A DNA stretch of 64,000 nucleotides from an uncultured Deinococcaceae bacterium. GTDB taxonomy: Bacteria > Deinococcota > Deinococci > Deinococcales > Deinococcaceae. Of this stretch, positions 29,976 to 38,962 are shown piece by piece. A model generated the notes under the pieces. That model was given only the letters and a program-made list of their open reading frames with translations. It searched no databases and was not told where the DNA came from. The position numbers and the translations under genes are program-made. The DNA lies in contig CAXULY010000013.1 in assembly GCA_964252075.1 (NCBI GenBank), forward strand, positions 32,001 to 96,000. The letters are read 5' to 3'. Positions within the stretch are counted from its first letter, which is position 1, and each line of letters starts with the position of its first letter.

Positions 29976-32007
29976 ACTCCACCCGCACGTCCGCGACGCT
30001 CACGTCGCCGGGGTACGTGACGAAGCGCGCGCCGAGCGGCGGGAGGCGAACGACCTGCTCCAGCTCGTTCCCGCCCTGCAGGTCCCGTCCGCCCGCCGGG
30101 AGCCGCACCGTGCGGGTGTCCGTGCGGCTGAAGTTCAGGAGGTGCAGCACGCTGCCCGCCTCGTCCCGTGACACGCCCAGGTCGAGGTCCAGGGGCACGC
30201 CCGTGACGGGCACGCCGCGCGCGGTGAGCGCCTCGCGCAGCAGCGCCTGCACTTCCGGCTGGGGCAGGTCGGCGGCGGCGTAGTAGGCCGCGCCCTGCCC
30301 GAAGGCGTGGCGGGTGAGGGCCGCGCCGCCCGTCAGGAAGCCCCCCTCGAAGGTGGCGAGCACGTCGGCGCCCTCCGGGTGCAGCACCTCCGCCCAGGTG
30401 TCGCAGCGCGCCTCGCGGCCGTCCGCGAAGCGCAGGCCGAGCGTCTCGCCGCCCGGCAGCGGCACCCATTCCTCCACCCAGGCGCCCAGCACGTCGCGCA
30501 GCAGCGCGGGGTAGCCGCCCAACTGCACCTGATCGCGCTCGTCCACGATGCCGGAGAAGGGCCCCATCACCAGCGTGCCGCCCGCGCGCGTGAAGGCCCG
30601 CAGGTCCTCGGCGGTCCCCTGCGTGAGCAGGTACGCGTTCGGGACGACCACCGCGTCGTAGCCGTCCAGCGGCGCGCCGGGCGCCACGAGGTCCACGTTC
30701 TGCCCCAGTGAGCGCAGCGCCGCGTGGTACTTCAGGGCGGTGGGCAGCTGCTGCAGGCGCGCGCTGGGCTTGCTGTCCAGCTCCAGCGCCCACCAGCTGT
30801 GCCAGTCGAAGAGCAGCGCGACGCGCGCGGGCACGTGGCAGCCCGTGAGGCGCGCGAGACTGGGGAGTTCGGCGCCGAGCGCCTTCACCTCATTCCAGAT
30901 GCGGGAGTGCTGGGTGCCGACGTGCGGCACCATGCCGCTGTGGAATTTCTCCGCGCCGCCGCGCGACGCGCGCCACTGGAAGAACATCACGGCGTCCGCG
31001 CCGTGCGCGAGCGCCTGCAGGGACGTGAGGCGCATCAGGCCCGGCGGTTTGGGGGCGTTCTCCGCGCGCCAGTTCACGGCGCTGGTCGCCTGCTCCATCA
31101 GCAGCCAGCGCTGACCGCCGCGCAGCGAGCGGGTGAGGTCGAACTGCGCGGCGCTGTCCAGGTGCCCCACCGCGCTGGCGGGGTCCGGGTAGGCGTCGAG
31201 GCTCGCCACGTCCTCGTGCCGCGCCCACTCGAAGTAATCCAGCCCTTTCAGGAACCCGATGAAGTTCGTGGTGACGGGCACCTGCGGCGTCACCTCGCGC
31301 AGCACCGCGACCTCATCCGTGAAGAGGCCCAGCAGGTTGTCGCTGGAGAAGCGCCGCCAGTCCAGCTGCAGGGCGGGGTTGCTGAAGGTGGGCGCGCGGC
31401 GCGGCGGCTGCACCTCTGCCCAGTCACCGTAGTGCAGGCTCCAGAAGGCGGTGCTCCAGGCGTCGTTCAGGGCGTCGAGGGTGCCGTAGCGTTCCTCCAG
31501 CCACGTGCGGAAGCGCGCGGCGCACAGCTCGCAGAAGCACTCGCTGATGTGGCAGCCGTACTCGTTGTTCACGTGCCACATCTGCAGGGCGGGGTGTGTG
31601 GCGTAGCGCTCCGCGAGGGCGCGCACGAGGCGCAGCGCGCGCTGGCGGAACGCGGCGTGGCTGGGGCAGTACAGCTGCCGCGCGCCAACCTCCAGGCGCA
31701 CGCCGTCCGCCGTGACAGGCCGCGAGTCCGGGTACAGGCGCGCCAGCCACGGCGGTGGGCTGGCGGTGGCGGTGGCGAGGTTCACGCCGACGCCGCCCGC
31801 ATGCAGCAGGTCCATGATCCGGTCGAGCCACGTGAAGTCGTAGGCCTCGTGCGGGCCGGGCTGAAGGCGCGCCCAGGAGAAAATGCCGAGTGACACGAAG
31901 TTCACGCCTGCTTCCTGCATGAGGCGGACGTCTTCGGGCCACAGGTCTTCGGGCCATTGCTCGGGGTTGTAGTCGCCGCCGTACAGGATGGAGTCGCGTG
32001 TGGGCAT
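29974..32007 (-). CDS. Beta-galactosidase, GH42
   Basis: YGGDYNPEQW, WHVNNEY (acid/base), LLMEQ (nucleophile), GAEKFHS. Confidence 0.95.
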   Translation of the reverse strand: MPTRDSILYGGDYNPEQWPEDLWPEDVRLMQEAGVNFVSLGIFSWARLQPGPHEAYDFTWLDRIMDLLHAGGVGVNLATATASPPPWLARLYPDSRPVTADGVRLEVGARQLYCPSHAAFRQRALRLVRALAERYATHPALQMWHVNNEYGCHISECFCELCAARFRTWLEERYGTLDALNDAWSTAFWSLHYGDWAEVQPPRRAPTFSNPALQLDWRRFSSDNLLGLFTDEVAVLREVTPQVPVTTNFIGFLKGLDYFEWARHEDVASLDAYPDPASAVGHLDSAAQFDLTRSLRGGQRWLLMEQATSAVNWRAENAPKPPGLMRLTSLQALAHGADAVMFFQWRASRGGAEKFHSGMVPHVGTQHSRIWNEVKALGAELPSLARLTGCHVPARVALLFDWHSWWALELDSKPSARLQQLPTALKYHAALRSLGQNVDLVAPGAPLDGYDAVVVPNAYLLTQGTAEDLRAFTRAGGTLVMGPFSGIVDERDQVQLGGYPALLRDVLGAWVEEWVPLPGGETLGLRFADGREARCDTWAEVLHPEGADVLATFEGGFLTGGAALTRHAFGQGAAYYAAADLPQPEVQALLREALTARGVPVTGVPLDLDLGVSRDEAGSVLHLLNFSRTDTRTVRLPAGGRDLQGGNELEQVVRLPPLGARFVTYPGDVSVADVRVE

Positions 32008-32109
32008 GGGGTCCTTTCGGGCGGGGCGCTCCGGGCGCGCCCGCCGCTGGCAGGCCGAATGCTACCCCGGCCGCTGTTGCTGCGCTGTGAGGGGACCGTC
32101 ACCGGGTAA

Positions 32110-32150
32110 ACTCATGTGAGTATCATACTCACATGAGTATGATACTCACA
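32110..32150. promoter_or_regulatory. Nested palindromic operator (two TGAGTAT-N-ATACTCA boxes)
   Basis: Perfect inverted repeats at 32110-32138 and 32115-32150, containing a TATGAT -10 before ATG 32152. Confidence 0.7.
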
Positions 32151-32151
32151 C

Positions 32152-32640
32152 ATGTTGAGCGAGGACGAGAAGCACGCCATCCGGGCGCAGGAGGAAGCCG
32201 TCGCGCGCCGCGCCATCGCGCGCGCCTGGCAGCGCCGCCGACGCCGCGCGCGCGCCGCCTACCGCGCCCGCGTGCGCTCCGAACTGCGCCTGCGCGGCAG
32301 CGCCTTCTGGCTCATCCTGACGGCCCTGCTCGTGGCGGGCTTCCTTGCCGCCCGCCCCCTCCTCGGCGCCCACGCCATCCCCGACGACACCTCCGGCGGC
32401 ATCGCGAACTCGCTCCTGGCCCTGCGCTGCCGCCAGGAACTGCGCGCGCAACGGCAGGACACCGACCTCAGCTTCCCCACCCCCGGCGAGGCCGCCGCGC
32501 AGATGACCGCCAGCCCCGACGGCAAACGCTGGGACGGCTGGGCGCAGGGCGCGGGCGGCCGCACCGAGTTCAGCTGCGGGTACACGCCCGCCACCGACCA
32601 GATCAACCTGAAGATCATCACGCAAGGAGAAGCACCATGA
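32152..32640 (+). CDS. Hypothetical single-pass membrane protein
   Basis: Basic helical N-terminus, one TM, C-terminal domain with two Cys; ATGA-coupled to the next gene. Confidence 0.7.
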   Translation: MLSEDEKHAIRAQEEAVARRAIARAWQRRRRRARAAYRARVRSELRLRGSAFWLILTALLVAGFLAARPLLGAHAIPDDTSGGIANSLLALRCRQELRAQRQDTDLSFPTPGEAAAQMTASPDGKRWDGWAQGAGGRTEFSCGYTPATDQINLKIITQGEAP

Positions 32641-33221
32641 ACCAGCACCCCTGGAGGACGCGCCTGTCCCTCGCGTTCGTCGTCGCCGCCAGCCTGACCG
32701 CCGCAGGGCCGGGCGGCGCCCAGCCCGCGCCTTCCGTCACGCCGCCCGCCCGCACGGCGGTCGTGCCGCGCGAGAAGGTCAGCCTGGTGTGCCAGGACAC
32801 CTACTTCAAGGCGGCGCGCACCGACTTCGTGCTGCAGGACGAGGTGTACCCGCAGTGCACCCTGAAGCTGCCCCTCACCCTGCGCGACCGCTGGAAGGGC
32901 GACCGCAGCTTCTACGTCCTTCCGCGCCTTTCCGCCACCCTGTACGCCAGGGACGCGCGCGGGAACGGGCGTTGGCTGCCCCTCTCGCCGCTCGTGAACC
33001 CTGGCGCGGACCCCCTGCACCGCGTGATCGCGTCCAGCGACTACCGGCAGGTGGAGCTCGTGGGGCGCTTCGGGAAGCTCAGCGACGTGGCGGGCGACCG
33101 CACGCCCGACACGGTCGGCGCGGGCGGCAAGCTCACGGTGTGCGTCTCACCCGTGCGGGACGGCGAGACGCCCTGCATCACCTACGACGTGACCGCCCGC
33201 TTCCACGTGTACAGGCGCTGA
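32637..33221 (+). CDS. Hypothetical secreted protein
   Basis: AAGGAG RBS, signal peptide, four Cys, beta-rich. Confidence 0.75.
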   Translation: MNQHPWRTRLSLAFVVAASLTAAGPGGAQPAPSVTPPARTAVVPREKVSLVCQDTYFKAARTDFVLQDEVYPQCTLKLPLTLRDRWKGDRSFYVLPRLSATLYARDARGNGRWLPLSPLVNPGADPLHRVIASSDYRQVELVGRFGKLSDVAGDRTPDTVGAGGKLTVCVSPVRDGETPCITYDVTARFHVYRR

Positions 33222-33468
33222 GGGGCACGCGGGGAGGGCGCGCATACACAGGTGCGCGCCCTCGCTGACATCCCAGAAATTCTAACGCTGGCTTAACACT
33301 GCCGCCGGATGGTGAACGCCCGCCACCATGAGTAAGCCCGGACAGGGTTTTCCCACGCAGGGCCAATACAGTAGGGGAGACGACACCAACCCACCGGCCC
33401 CGCACCGCACAGGAGGCGCGCATGACCCTCAACCATCACATTTTCCGCCGCACCCGGCAGGGAACAGC

Positions 33469-33915
33469 GTGAAGGGACTGCTGCTGGGTGTGGGCCTGGG
33501 CGCCCTCGGCATGGCCTTCAGCTTCGTGGCGGGCCGCGCGAGTGTGCCCGGCGGCGCGCTGCAGGCGCGCGCGGGCCAGCCGATGCTCGCACAGGAGCAG
33601 CAGGCCCCCAACGACCCGCGCGAGCTGATTCCGCTCATTCCCGGGCGCGGCCCGAACGACGGCCCCGGCCAGGGGCAGCAGCCCGGTCAGGGGCAGCAGC
33701 CGGGGAACTGCCCCATCACCTTCTTCAAGGACGGGCAGTTCTACCAGATGCAGCCCGGTCCCGGCCAGCAACCCGGCCCGCCCGGCCAGGGTCAGGGCGA
33801 CCAGGGGCGCGGTCAGCCCGGCGGGGACAACGAACTCTTCCCGCTTACGCCACTGCCCGGCCCCCAGGGCAGCCCCTTCACGCCCCTGCCGCCCGACCCC
33901 TCCAGGAGGAGCTGA
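33469..33915 (+). CDS. Gln/Pro/Gly-rich membrane-anchored protein (start uncertain)
   Basis: N-terminal hydrophobic helix, GQGQQP repeats, first gene of the moxR operon. Confidence 0.65.
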   Translation: MKGLLLGVGLGALGMAFSFVAGRASVPGGALQARAGQPMLAQEQQAPNDPRELIPLIPGRGPNDGPGQGQQPGQGQQPGNCPITFFKDGQFYQMQPGPGQQPGPPGQGQGDQGRGQPGGDNELFPLTPLPGPQGSPFTPLPPDPSRRS

Positions 33916-34977
33916 ATGACGAGTGACCCCCGCACCACCACGCTCACGCCGCAGGCCGTCACGGACGCCGCCTCCCGCCTGCGCACCCTGCTCTTCGAGG
34001 TCAAGAAGGTCATCGTCGGGCAGGACCTGATGCTGGAGCGTCTGCTGGTCGCGCTCCTCGCGCGTGGCCACGTGCTCATCGAGGGCGTGCCGGGCCTCGC
34101 CAAGACCCTCGCGATCCGCACCACCGCGGACGCCATCGGCGCGACCTTCCGGCGCATTCAGTTCACGCCGGACCTCGTGCCCGCCGACCTGATCGGCACG
34201 CGCATCTACAACCAGAAGGAGGGCGGCTTCGAGGTGGAGTTCGGGCCGGTCTTCGCGAACCTCATCCTCGCGGACGAGATCAACCGCGCGCCCGCCAAGA
34301 TCCAGTCCGCGCTGCTGGAGGCCATGCAGGAGCGGCAGGTGACCATCGGTACGCAGACCTTCCGGCTGCCCGACCCCTTCCTGGTGCTCGCCACGCAGAA
34401 CCCCATCGAGTCCGAAGGCACGTACTTCCTGCCGGAAGCGCAGGTGGACCGCTTCATGTTCAAGGTCGTGATCGGTTACCCCGGCATGCACGAGGAGATC
34501 ACGGTGGTTGAGCGCGTCTCGCAGAAGTTCCAGCCGGTCGGCGTGCAGCTCAGCGAGGACGAACTGCGCGCCCTGCAGCGCATGGCGGACGAGGTGTACG
34601 TGCACCCCGCCACCACCGAGTACGCCGTGAAACTCGCGCGCGCCACCCGCGCGCCCGCCGAGGTGGGCCTCCCGGAACTCGCGCGCAGCATCGCGTACGG
34701 CGCGAGCCCCCGCGCGAGCGTGAACCTCATCCTGGGCGCCAAGGCGCTCGCCATCGTGCGCGGGCGCGAGTACGCCCTCCCCGAGGACGTGCGCGACCTC
34801 GCGCCGGAGGTGCTGCGCCACCGCGTGATGCTCTCCTACGAGGGCCTCGCGGAGGAGGTGGGCGTGGAGGGCCTCGTGAGCCGCATCATCGCGGCGGTGC
34901 CGCTCCCGCGCGTGCACCTGGGCGACCCGCACGGGTCGCTCGGGGCGGCGCCGGTCGTGCCGAATGACCCTGCTTAG
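33916..34977 (+). CDS. moxR: MoxR AAA+ ATPase
   Basis: EGVPGLAKT, RIQFTPDLVPAD, DEINRAPAKIQSALLEAMQE, ATQNPIE. Confidence 0.95.
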   Translation: MTSDPRTTTLTPQAVTDAASRLRTLLFEVKKVIVGQDLMLERLLVALLARGHVLIEGVPGLAKTLAIRTTADAIGATFRRIQFTPDLVPADLIGTRIYNQKEGGFEVEFGPVFANLILADEINRAPAKIQSALLEAMQERQVTIGTQTFRLPDPFLVLATQNPIESEGTYFLPEAQVDRFMFKVVIGYPGMHEEITVVERVSQKFQPVGVQLSEDELRALQRMADEVYVHPATTEYAVKLARATRAPAEVGLPELARSIAYGASPRASVNLILGAKALAIVRGREYALPEDVRDLAPEVLRHRVMLSYEGLAEEVGVEGLVSRIIAAVPLPRVHLGDPHGSLGAAPVVPNDPA

Positions 34978-35962
34978 CCGCCTCCGCCCGCGCCGCGAGC
35001 GCCCGCCCGCCAAGGTGGCCCCCACCCCGGCGGCGCACCGGCCCATGCCGGAACTCCCCGCGCACCTGCTGCGCCGCCTGGAGTTCAAGGTGCTCAAGCG
35101 CCTGGACGGCTTCCTGTTCGGCGACTACCGCGGCCTCTTCTACGGCCCCAGCCTGGACCTCGCGGAGGTCCGCGAGTACCAGCCGGGCGACGAGGTGCGC
35201 CGCATGGACTGGAACGTCACCGCGCGCACCGGCAAGCTGCACGTGCGGCAGTACCGCGAGGAGCGCGAACTCACCGCGTGGCTGGTGCTGGACGGCTCGC
35301 CCTCCATGACCTTCGGCACGCGCCGCCGCCTCAAGCGCGACCTCGCGCGGGAATTCGCGGGCCTCACGGCGCTGGTCCTCACGCGCCGCGGGGACCGCGT
35401 GGGCGCCCTCACCTTCGGCGTGGGCGTCGGCGCGCCGCGCATGGTGCCGCCCCGCACGGGGCGCGCGCAGGCGCTCGCGGTGCTGAACGCCCTGGACGGC
35501 GCGGTGCCCACGCCCGGCGGCGCGTCCACCAGCCTGGAGGTCGCCCTCACGAACGTGGAGCGCACCCTGCGGCGGCGCTCCCTGGTGTTCGTGGTGTCGG
35601 ACTTCCTGGAGACCGCGCCCCCGCAGGGCGCGGGCCTGCGCGGGCAGGGCTGGACGGGCGCGCTGGGGCGCCTCGCGCAGCGCCACGACGTGGTCGCCGT
35701 GCGCGTCTCGGACCCCGCCGAGCGCGCCCTGCCGGACGTGGGCGGCCTGCGCATGCGCGACCCCGAGACGGGCGAGCAGCTGTGGGTGGACACCAGCGAC
35801 CCACAGGTGCGCGCCGCGCACGCGCGCCTCGTCGCAGCGCGCGACGCGGCCCTGCGCTCGGCCCTGCGCGCCGCGCAGGTGGACCTGCTGGACCTCGACA
35901 CCGCCGGTGAGCTCGTGACGCCGCTGCTGCGCTTCGCGCTGCTCAGAAGGGGGCGGCGGTGA
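34964..35962 (+). CDS. DUF58 domain protein
   Basis: EVREYQPGDEVRRMDWNVTAR, LDGSPSMTFG, VVSDF. Confidence 0.92.
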   Translation: MTLLSRLRPRRERPPAKVAPTPAAHRPMPELPAHLLRRLEFKVLKRLDGFLFGDYRGLFYGPSLDLAEVREYQPGDEVRRMDWNVTARTGKLHVRQYREERELTAWLVLDGSPSMTFGTRRRLKRDLAREFAGLTALVLTRRGDRVGALTFGVGVGAPRMVPPRTGRAQALAVLNALDGAVPTPGGASTSLEVALTNVERTLRRRSLVFVVSDFLETAPPQGAGLRGQGWTGALGRLAQRHDVVAVRVSDPAERALPDVGGLRMRDPETGEQLWVDTSDPQVRAAHARLVAARDAALRSALRAAQVDLLDLDTAGELVTPLLRFALLRRGRR

Positions 35963-36984
35963 GTTTCGGCCTGCCCGCCCTGCTGTGGCTGCTGCTGCTC
36001 GTGCCGCTCGCCGTGTGGGCGCTGGTGGGCTCCGCGCGGCGGCGCGAGGCGCGCCGCCGCGCCTACGCCGACCCGCACCTGCTCGGCGCGGTGCTGCCCC
36101 CCACGCGCCCCGCGCGCAGCCGCTGGCCGCTCGCGCTGCAGCTGCTGGCGCTCGCGCTGCTGCTGTTCGGCGCCGCCGCGCCCACCGCGCAGCCGCGCCT
36201 CCCCACCAACCAAGCGTCCGTCATGATCGCGCTGGACGCCTCACGCAGCATGCTCGCCGACGACGTGAAACCCAGCCGCCTGGAGGCGGCCCTCAATGTC
36301 GCGCGGCAGTTCGCGCAGCTCGCGCCCGCCTCCACCCGCATCGGGCTCCTCACCTTCTCCGACAACGCCAGCGTGCTGCTCTCGCCCACCACCGACCGCC
36401 AGGAACTGCTGGACGCCCTCAAGCGCGTGCGCGCCGCGCAGAGCACCTCCTATGCGGGCGCTGTGGTGGGCGGCGTGCGCGCCCTGCCGGGCCGTGCGGA
36501 CGTGCCGGTCCCCGAGGGCCTGCGCGGCGGCCCGCCCACCAACCCCGCGCAGACGCCGCAGGCCACCCCGAAACCCGTGAATCCCGCGACGCTGCCGCCC
36601 GGCGCGCTGCTGCTGCTGTCGGACGGCATCTCGAACCGCGGCGCGGACCCGCGCCTCGCGGCGCGCTTCGCGTCCGACAACCGCGTGAAGCTGTACGCCG
36701 TCGCGCTCGGCAAGGAGGGCGGCGCGGTCAGCACCATCGGCGGGCAGACGGTGTTCGTGCCCTTCGACACGCGCTCGCTCGAGCAGCTCACGCAGCTCGG
36801 CGGCGGGAAGTTCATCTCGCCCCCCGACCCCGACAAACTGCGTGAACTCTTCCGGGAGCTGGGCAGCGTCATCCAGTGGAAGCCCAGCAAGCTGGACCTC
36901 GGCGGTCCCCTGGCGGGCCTCGCGGCGCTGCTGATGGTGATTGCTGGCGCACTCGCCCTGCGCTGGCAGCGGAGGGTCCCATGA
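35959..36984 (+). CDS. VWA domain protein (BatA/B-like)
   Basis: N-terminal TM, MIDAS DASRSM, LLLSDG, C-terminal TM. Confidence 0.9.
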   Translation: MSFGLPALLWLLLLVPLAVWALVGSARRREARRRAYADPHLLGAVLPPTRPARSRWPLALQLLALALLLFGAAAPTAQPRLPTNQASVMIALDASRSMLADDVKPSRLEAALNVARQFAQLAPASTRIGLLTFSDNASVLLSPTTDRQELLDALKRVRAAQSTSYAGAVVGGVRALPGRADVPVPEGLRGGPPTNPAQTPQATPKPVNPATLPPGALLLLSDGISNRGADPRLAARFASDNRVKLYAVALGKEGGAVSTIGGQTVFVPFDTRSLEQLTQLGGGKFISPPDPDKLRELFRELGSVIQWKPSKLDLGGPLAGLAALLMVIAGALALRWQRRVP

Positions 36985-37940
36985 GTTTCACGTGGCCGTG
37001 GGCGCTCCTGGCACTCGTGCTGCTGCCGCTGCTGGCGTGGCTGTACCTGCGCGCCCTGGAGCGGCCCGCGGAGAGCGCGGCTCTGCACCCGGACCTGCGC
37101 CTCCTCGCGCAGGCCAGCGCGAAACCGCGCCCCCTGCGGCGGCACCTGCCCGCCCTGCTGTACCTGATCGCCATCGCGCTCGGCGTGATCGCGCTCGCGC
37201 GCCCGAACGCGCCGCTGCCGCTGCCCGACAACCGCACCACCATCATGCTCGCCATCGACGTGTCGCAGTCCATGAACGCCACCGACATCGCCCCGGACCG
37301 CATCACGGCCGCGCAGAACGCCGCGCGCAGCTTTCTGAAGGCCCTCCCCGAGGGCCTCCCGGTGGGCCTCGCGACTTTTGCCGGGTACTCCGTGCTGAAC
37401 ACCCCGCCCACCACCGACCACACACAGGTGCTGGAGGCGGTGGACGGCTTCAACCTCGCGCGCGGCACCGCCATCGGCTCGGGCCTGCTGGAGGCGCTGC
37501 GGGCGCTGCCGGGCCGCGCGGAGAACGCTCCGAAAACCGCGGGCACCCTCCCGCCCGCCGCCATCGTGCTGCTCAGCGACGGGCGGAACAACCGCGGCGT
37601 GGACCCCCTGGAGGTCGCCGCGCAGGTGAAGGCGTCCGGGGTGAAGGTCTTCACGGTGGGCCTCGGCACGGACGCCAGCAACGCCCTGGACGGCCAGGGC
37701 GGCTGGTACGGCCTGGGCTTCGACGCCGAGACCCTCAAGGCCATCGCGAAAACCACCGGCGGGCGGTACTTCGAGGCGAACTCCGCGAGCCGCCTCGACA
37801 CCATCTACCGCGAGCTGGGCCGCTCGCTCGGCTGGACCCTCAAGCCGCGCGAGGTGTCCGGCTTCGTCGCGGCGCTCGCGGGCCTGCTGCTGCTCGGCAG
37901 CCTCGCCGCGTCCGAGCGCACCAACCGCCGCCTGCTGTGA
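36981..37940 (+). CDS. VWA domain protein (BatA-like)
   Basis: DVSQSM, GTAIG, LLSDG, TGGRYF. Confidence 0.9.
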   Translation: MSFTWPWALLALVLLPLLAWLYLRALERPAESAALHPDLRLLAQASAKPRPLRRHLPALLYLIAIALGVIALARPNAPLPLPDNRTTIMLAIDVSQSMNATDIAPDRITAAQNAARSFLKALPEGLPVGLATFAGYSVLNTPPTTDHTQVLEAVDGFNLARGTAIGSGLLEALRALPGRAENAPKTAGTLPPAAIVLLSDGRNNRGVDPLEVAAQVKASGVKVFTVGLGTDASNALDGQGGWYGLGFDAETLKAIAKTTGGRYFEANSASRLDTIYRELGRSLGWTLKPREVSGFVAALAGLLLLGSLAASERTNRRLL

Positions 37941-37995
37941 CGCGCGCGGACCAGGGCCGGGGGCGCGCCCCCGGCCCGCGTGCTACAACCAGCGC

Positions 37996-38952
37996 GTGCG
38001 CGCCCTGACCTTCTCCCGATTCGGCGGCCCCGAGGTGCTGGAGTACCGCGAGGTGCCCGACCCCACCCTCGCGCCCGGCCACGCCATCGTGCAGCTGGAG
38101 GCCGTCGGCCTGAACTTCGCGGACCTGTACCGCCGCCGCGGCACCTACCACCTCGCCGGGCAGCCCCCGTACATCGCGGGCTACGAGGGCGCCGGGCGCA
38201 TCGTGGCGCTCGCGCCGGACGTCACGGACTTCGAGGTCGGGGACCGCGTGGCCTTCGCGGACAGCCCGCACGCGCAGGCCGAGCGCGCCTTGGTGAGCGC
38301 CGATCACCTGATTCCCCTGCCGGACGACATCTCCGCCGACACCGCCGCCGCCCTGCTGCTGCAGGGCCTCACCGCGCAGTACCTGATCCGCGACAGCCAC
38401 CCCCTGCGGCCCGGCGAGACCGCGCTCGTGCATTCCGCGGCGGGCGGCGTGGGCCTGCTGCTCGTGCAGCTCGCGCGGGCGGCGGGCGCGCGCGTGATCG
38501 GCCTGACCTCCAGCCCCGAGAAGGCGCGGGCGGCGCGCGAGGCGGGCGCCGAGCGGGCGCTGCTGTACGCCGAGGACTGGGTGGGCGCCCTGCGCGAGCT
38601 GGGCGGCGCGGACGTGGCGTTCGATGCGGTCGGAAGCACCCTCATGCAGAGCTTCGAGGCGGTCCGCACGGGCGGGCGCGTGGTGTTCTACGGCATGGCG
38701 GGCGGCGACCCGCCCCTCGTGGACCCGCGTCTGCTGATGGACACCAGCAAGACCCTCACGGGCGGCGACCTGTGGAACGTCCTGCGCACCCCCCAGGACC
38801 GCCGCTCGCGCGCCGCCGGGCTGTTCGAGGCGGTGCGGGCAGGCCACCTCACGGTGCGCGTCGCGGGCCGCTATCCACTGGGCGAGGGCGCCGCCGCGCA
38901 CCGCCTGCTGGAGGGCCGCGGCAGCATCGGCAAGGTCCTGCTGATCCCCTGA
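37996..38952 (+). CDS. qor: NADPH:quinone oxidoreductase (zeta-crystallin/MDR family)
   Basis: GGPEVL, GLNFAD, LVHSAAGGVG, GKVLLIP. Confidence 0.92.
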   Translation: MRALTFSRFGGPEVLEYREVPDPTLAPGHAIVQLEAVGLNFADLYRRRGTYHLAGQPPYIAGYEGAGRIVALAPDVTDFEVGDRVAFADSPHAQAERALVSADHLIPLPDDISADTAAALLLQGLTAQYLIRDSHPLRPGETALVHSAAGGVGLLLVQLARAAGARVIGLTSSPEKARAAREAGAERALLYAEDWVGALRELGGADVAFDAVGSTLMQSFEAVRTGGRVVFYGMAGGDPPLVDPRLLMDTSKTLTGGDLWNVLRTPQDRRSRAAGLFEAVRAGHLTVRVAGRYPLGEGAAAHRLLEGRGSIGKVLLIP

Positions 38953-38962
38953 CCGTGAGCGC

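Noticed and set aside
32110..32150. CRISPR repeat or IS end
   Set aside because: There are no spacers, cas genes, transposase or partner end.
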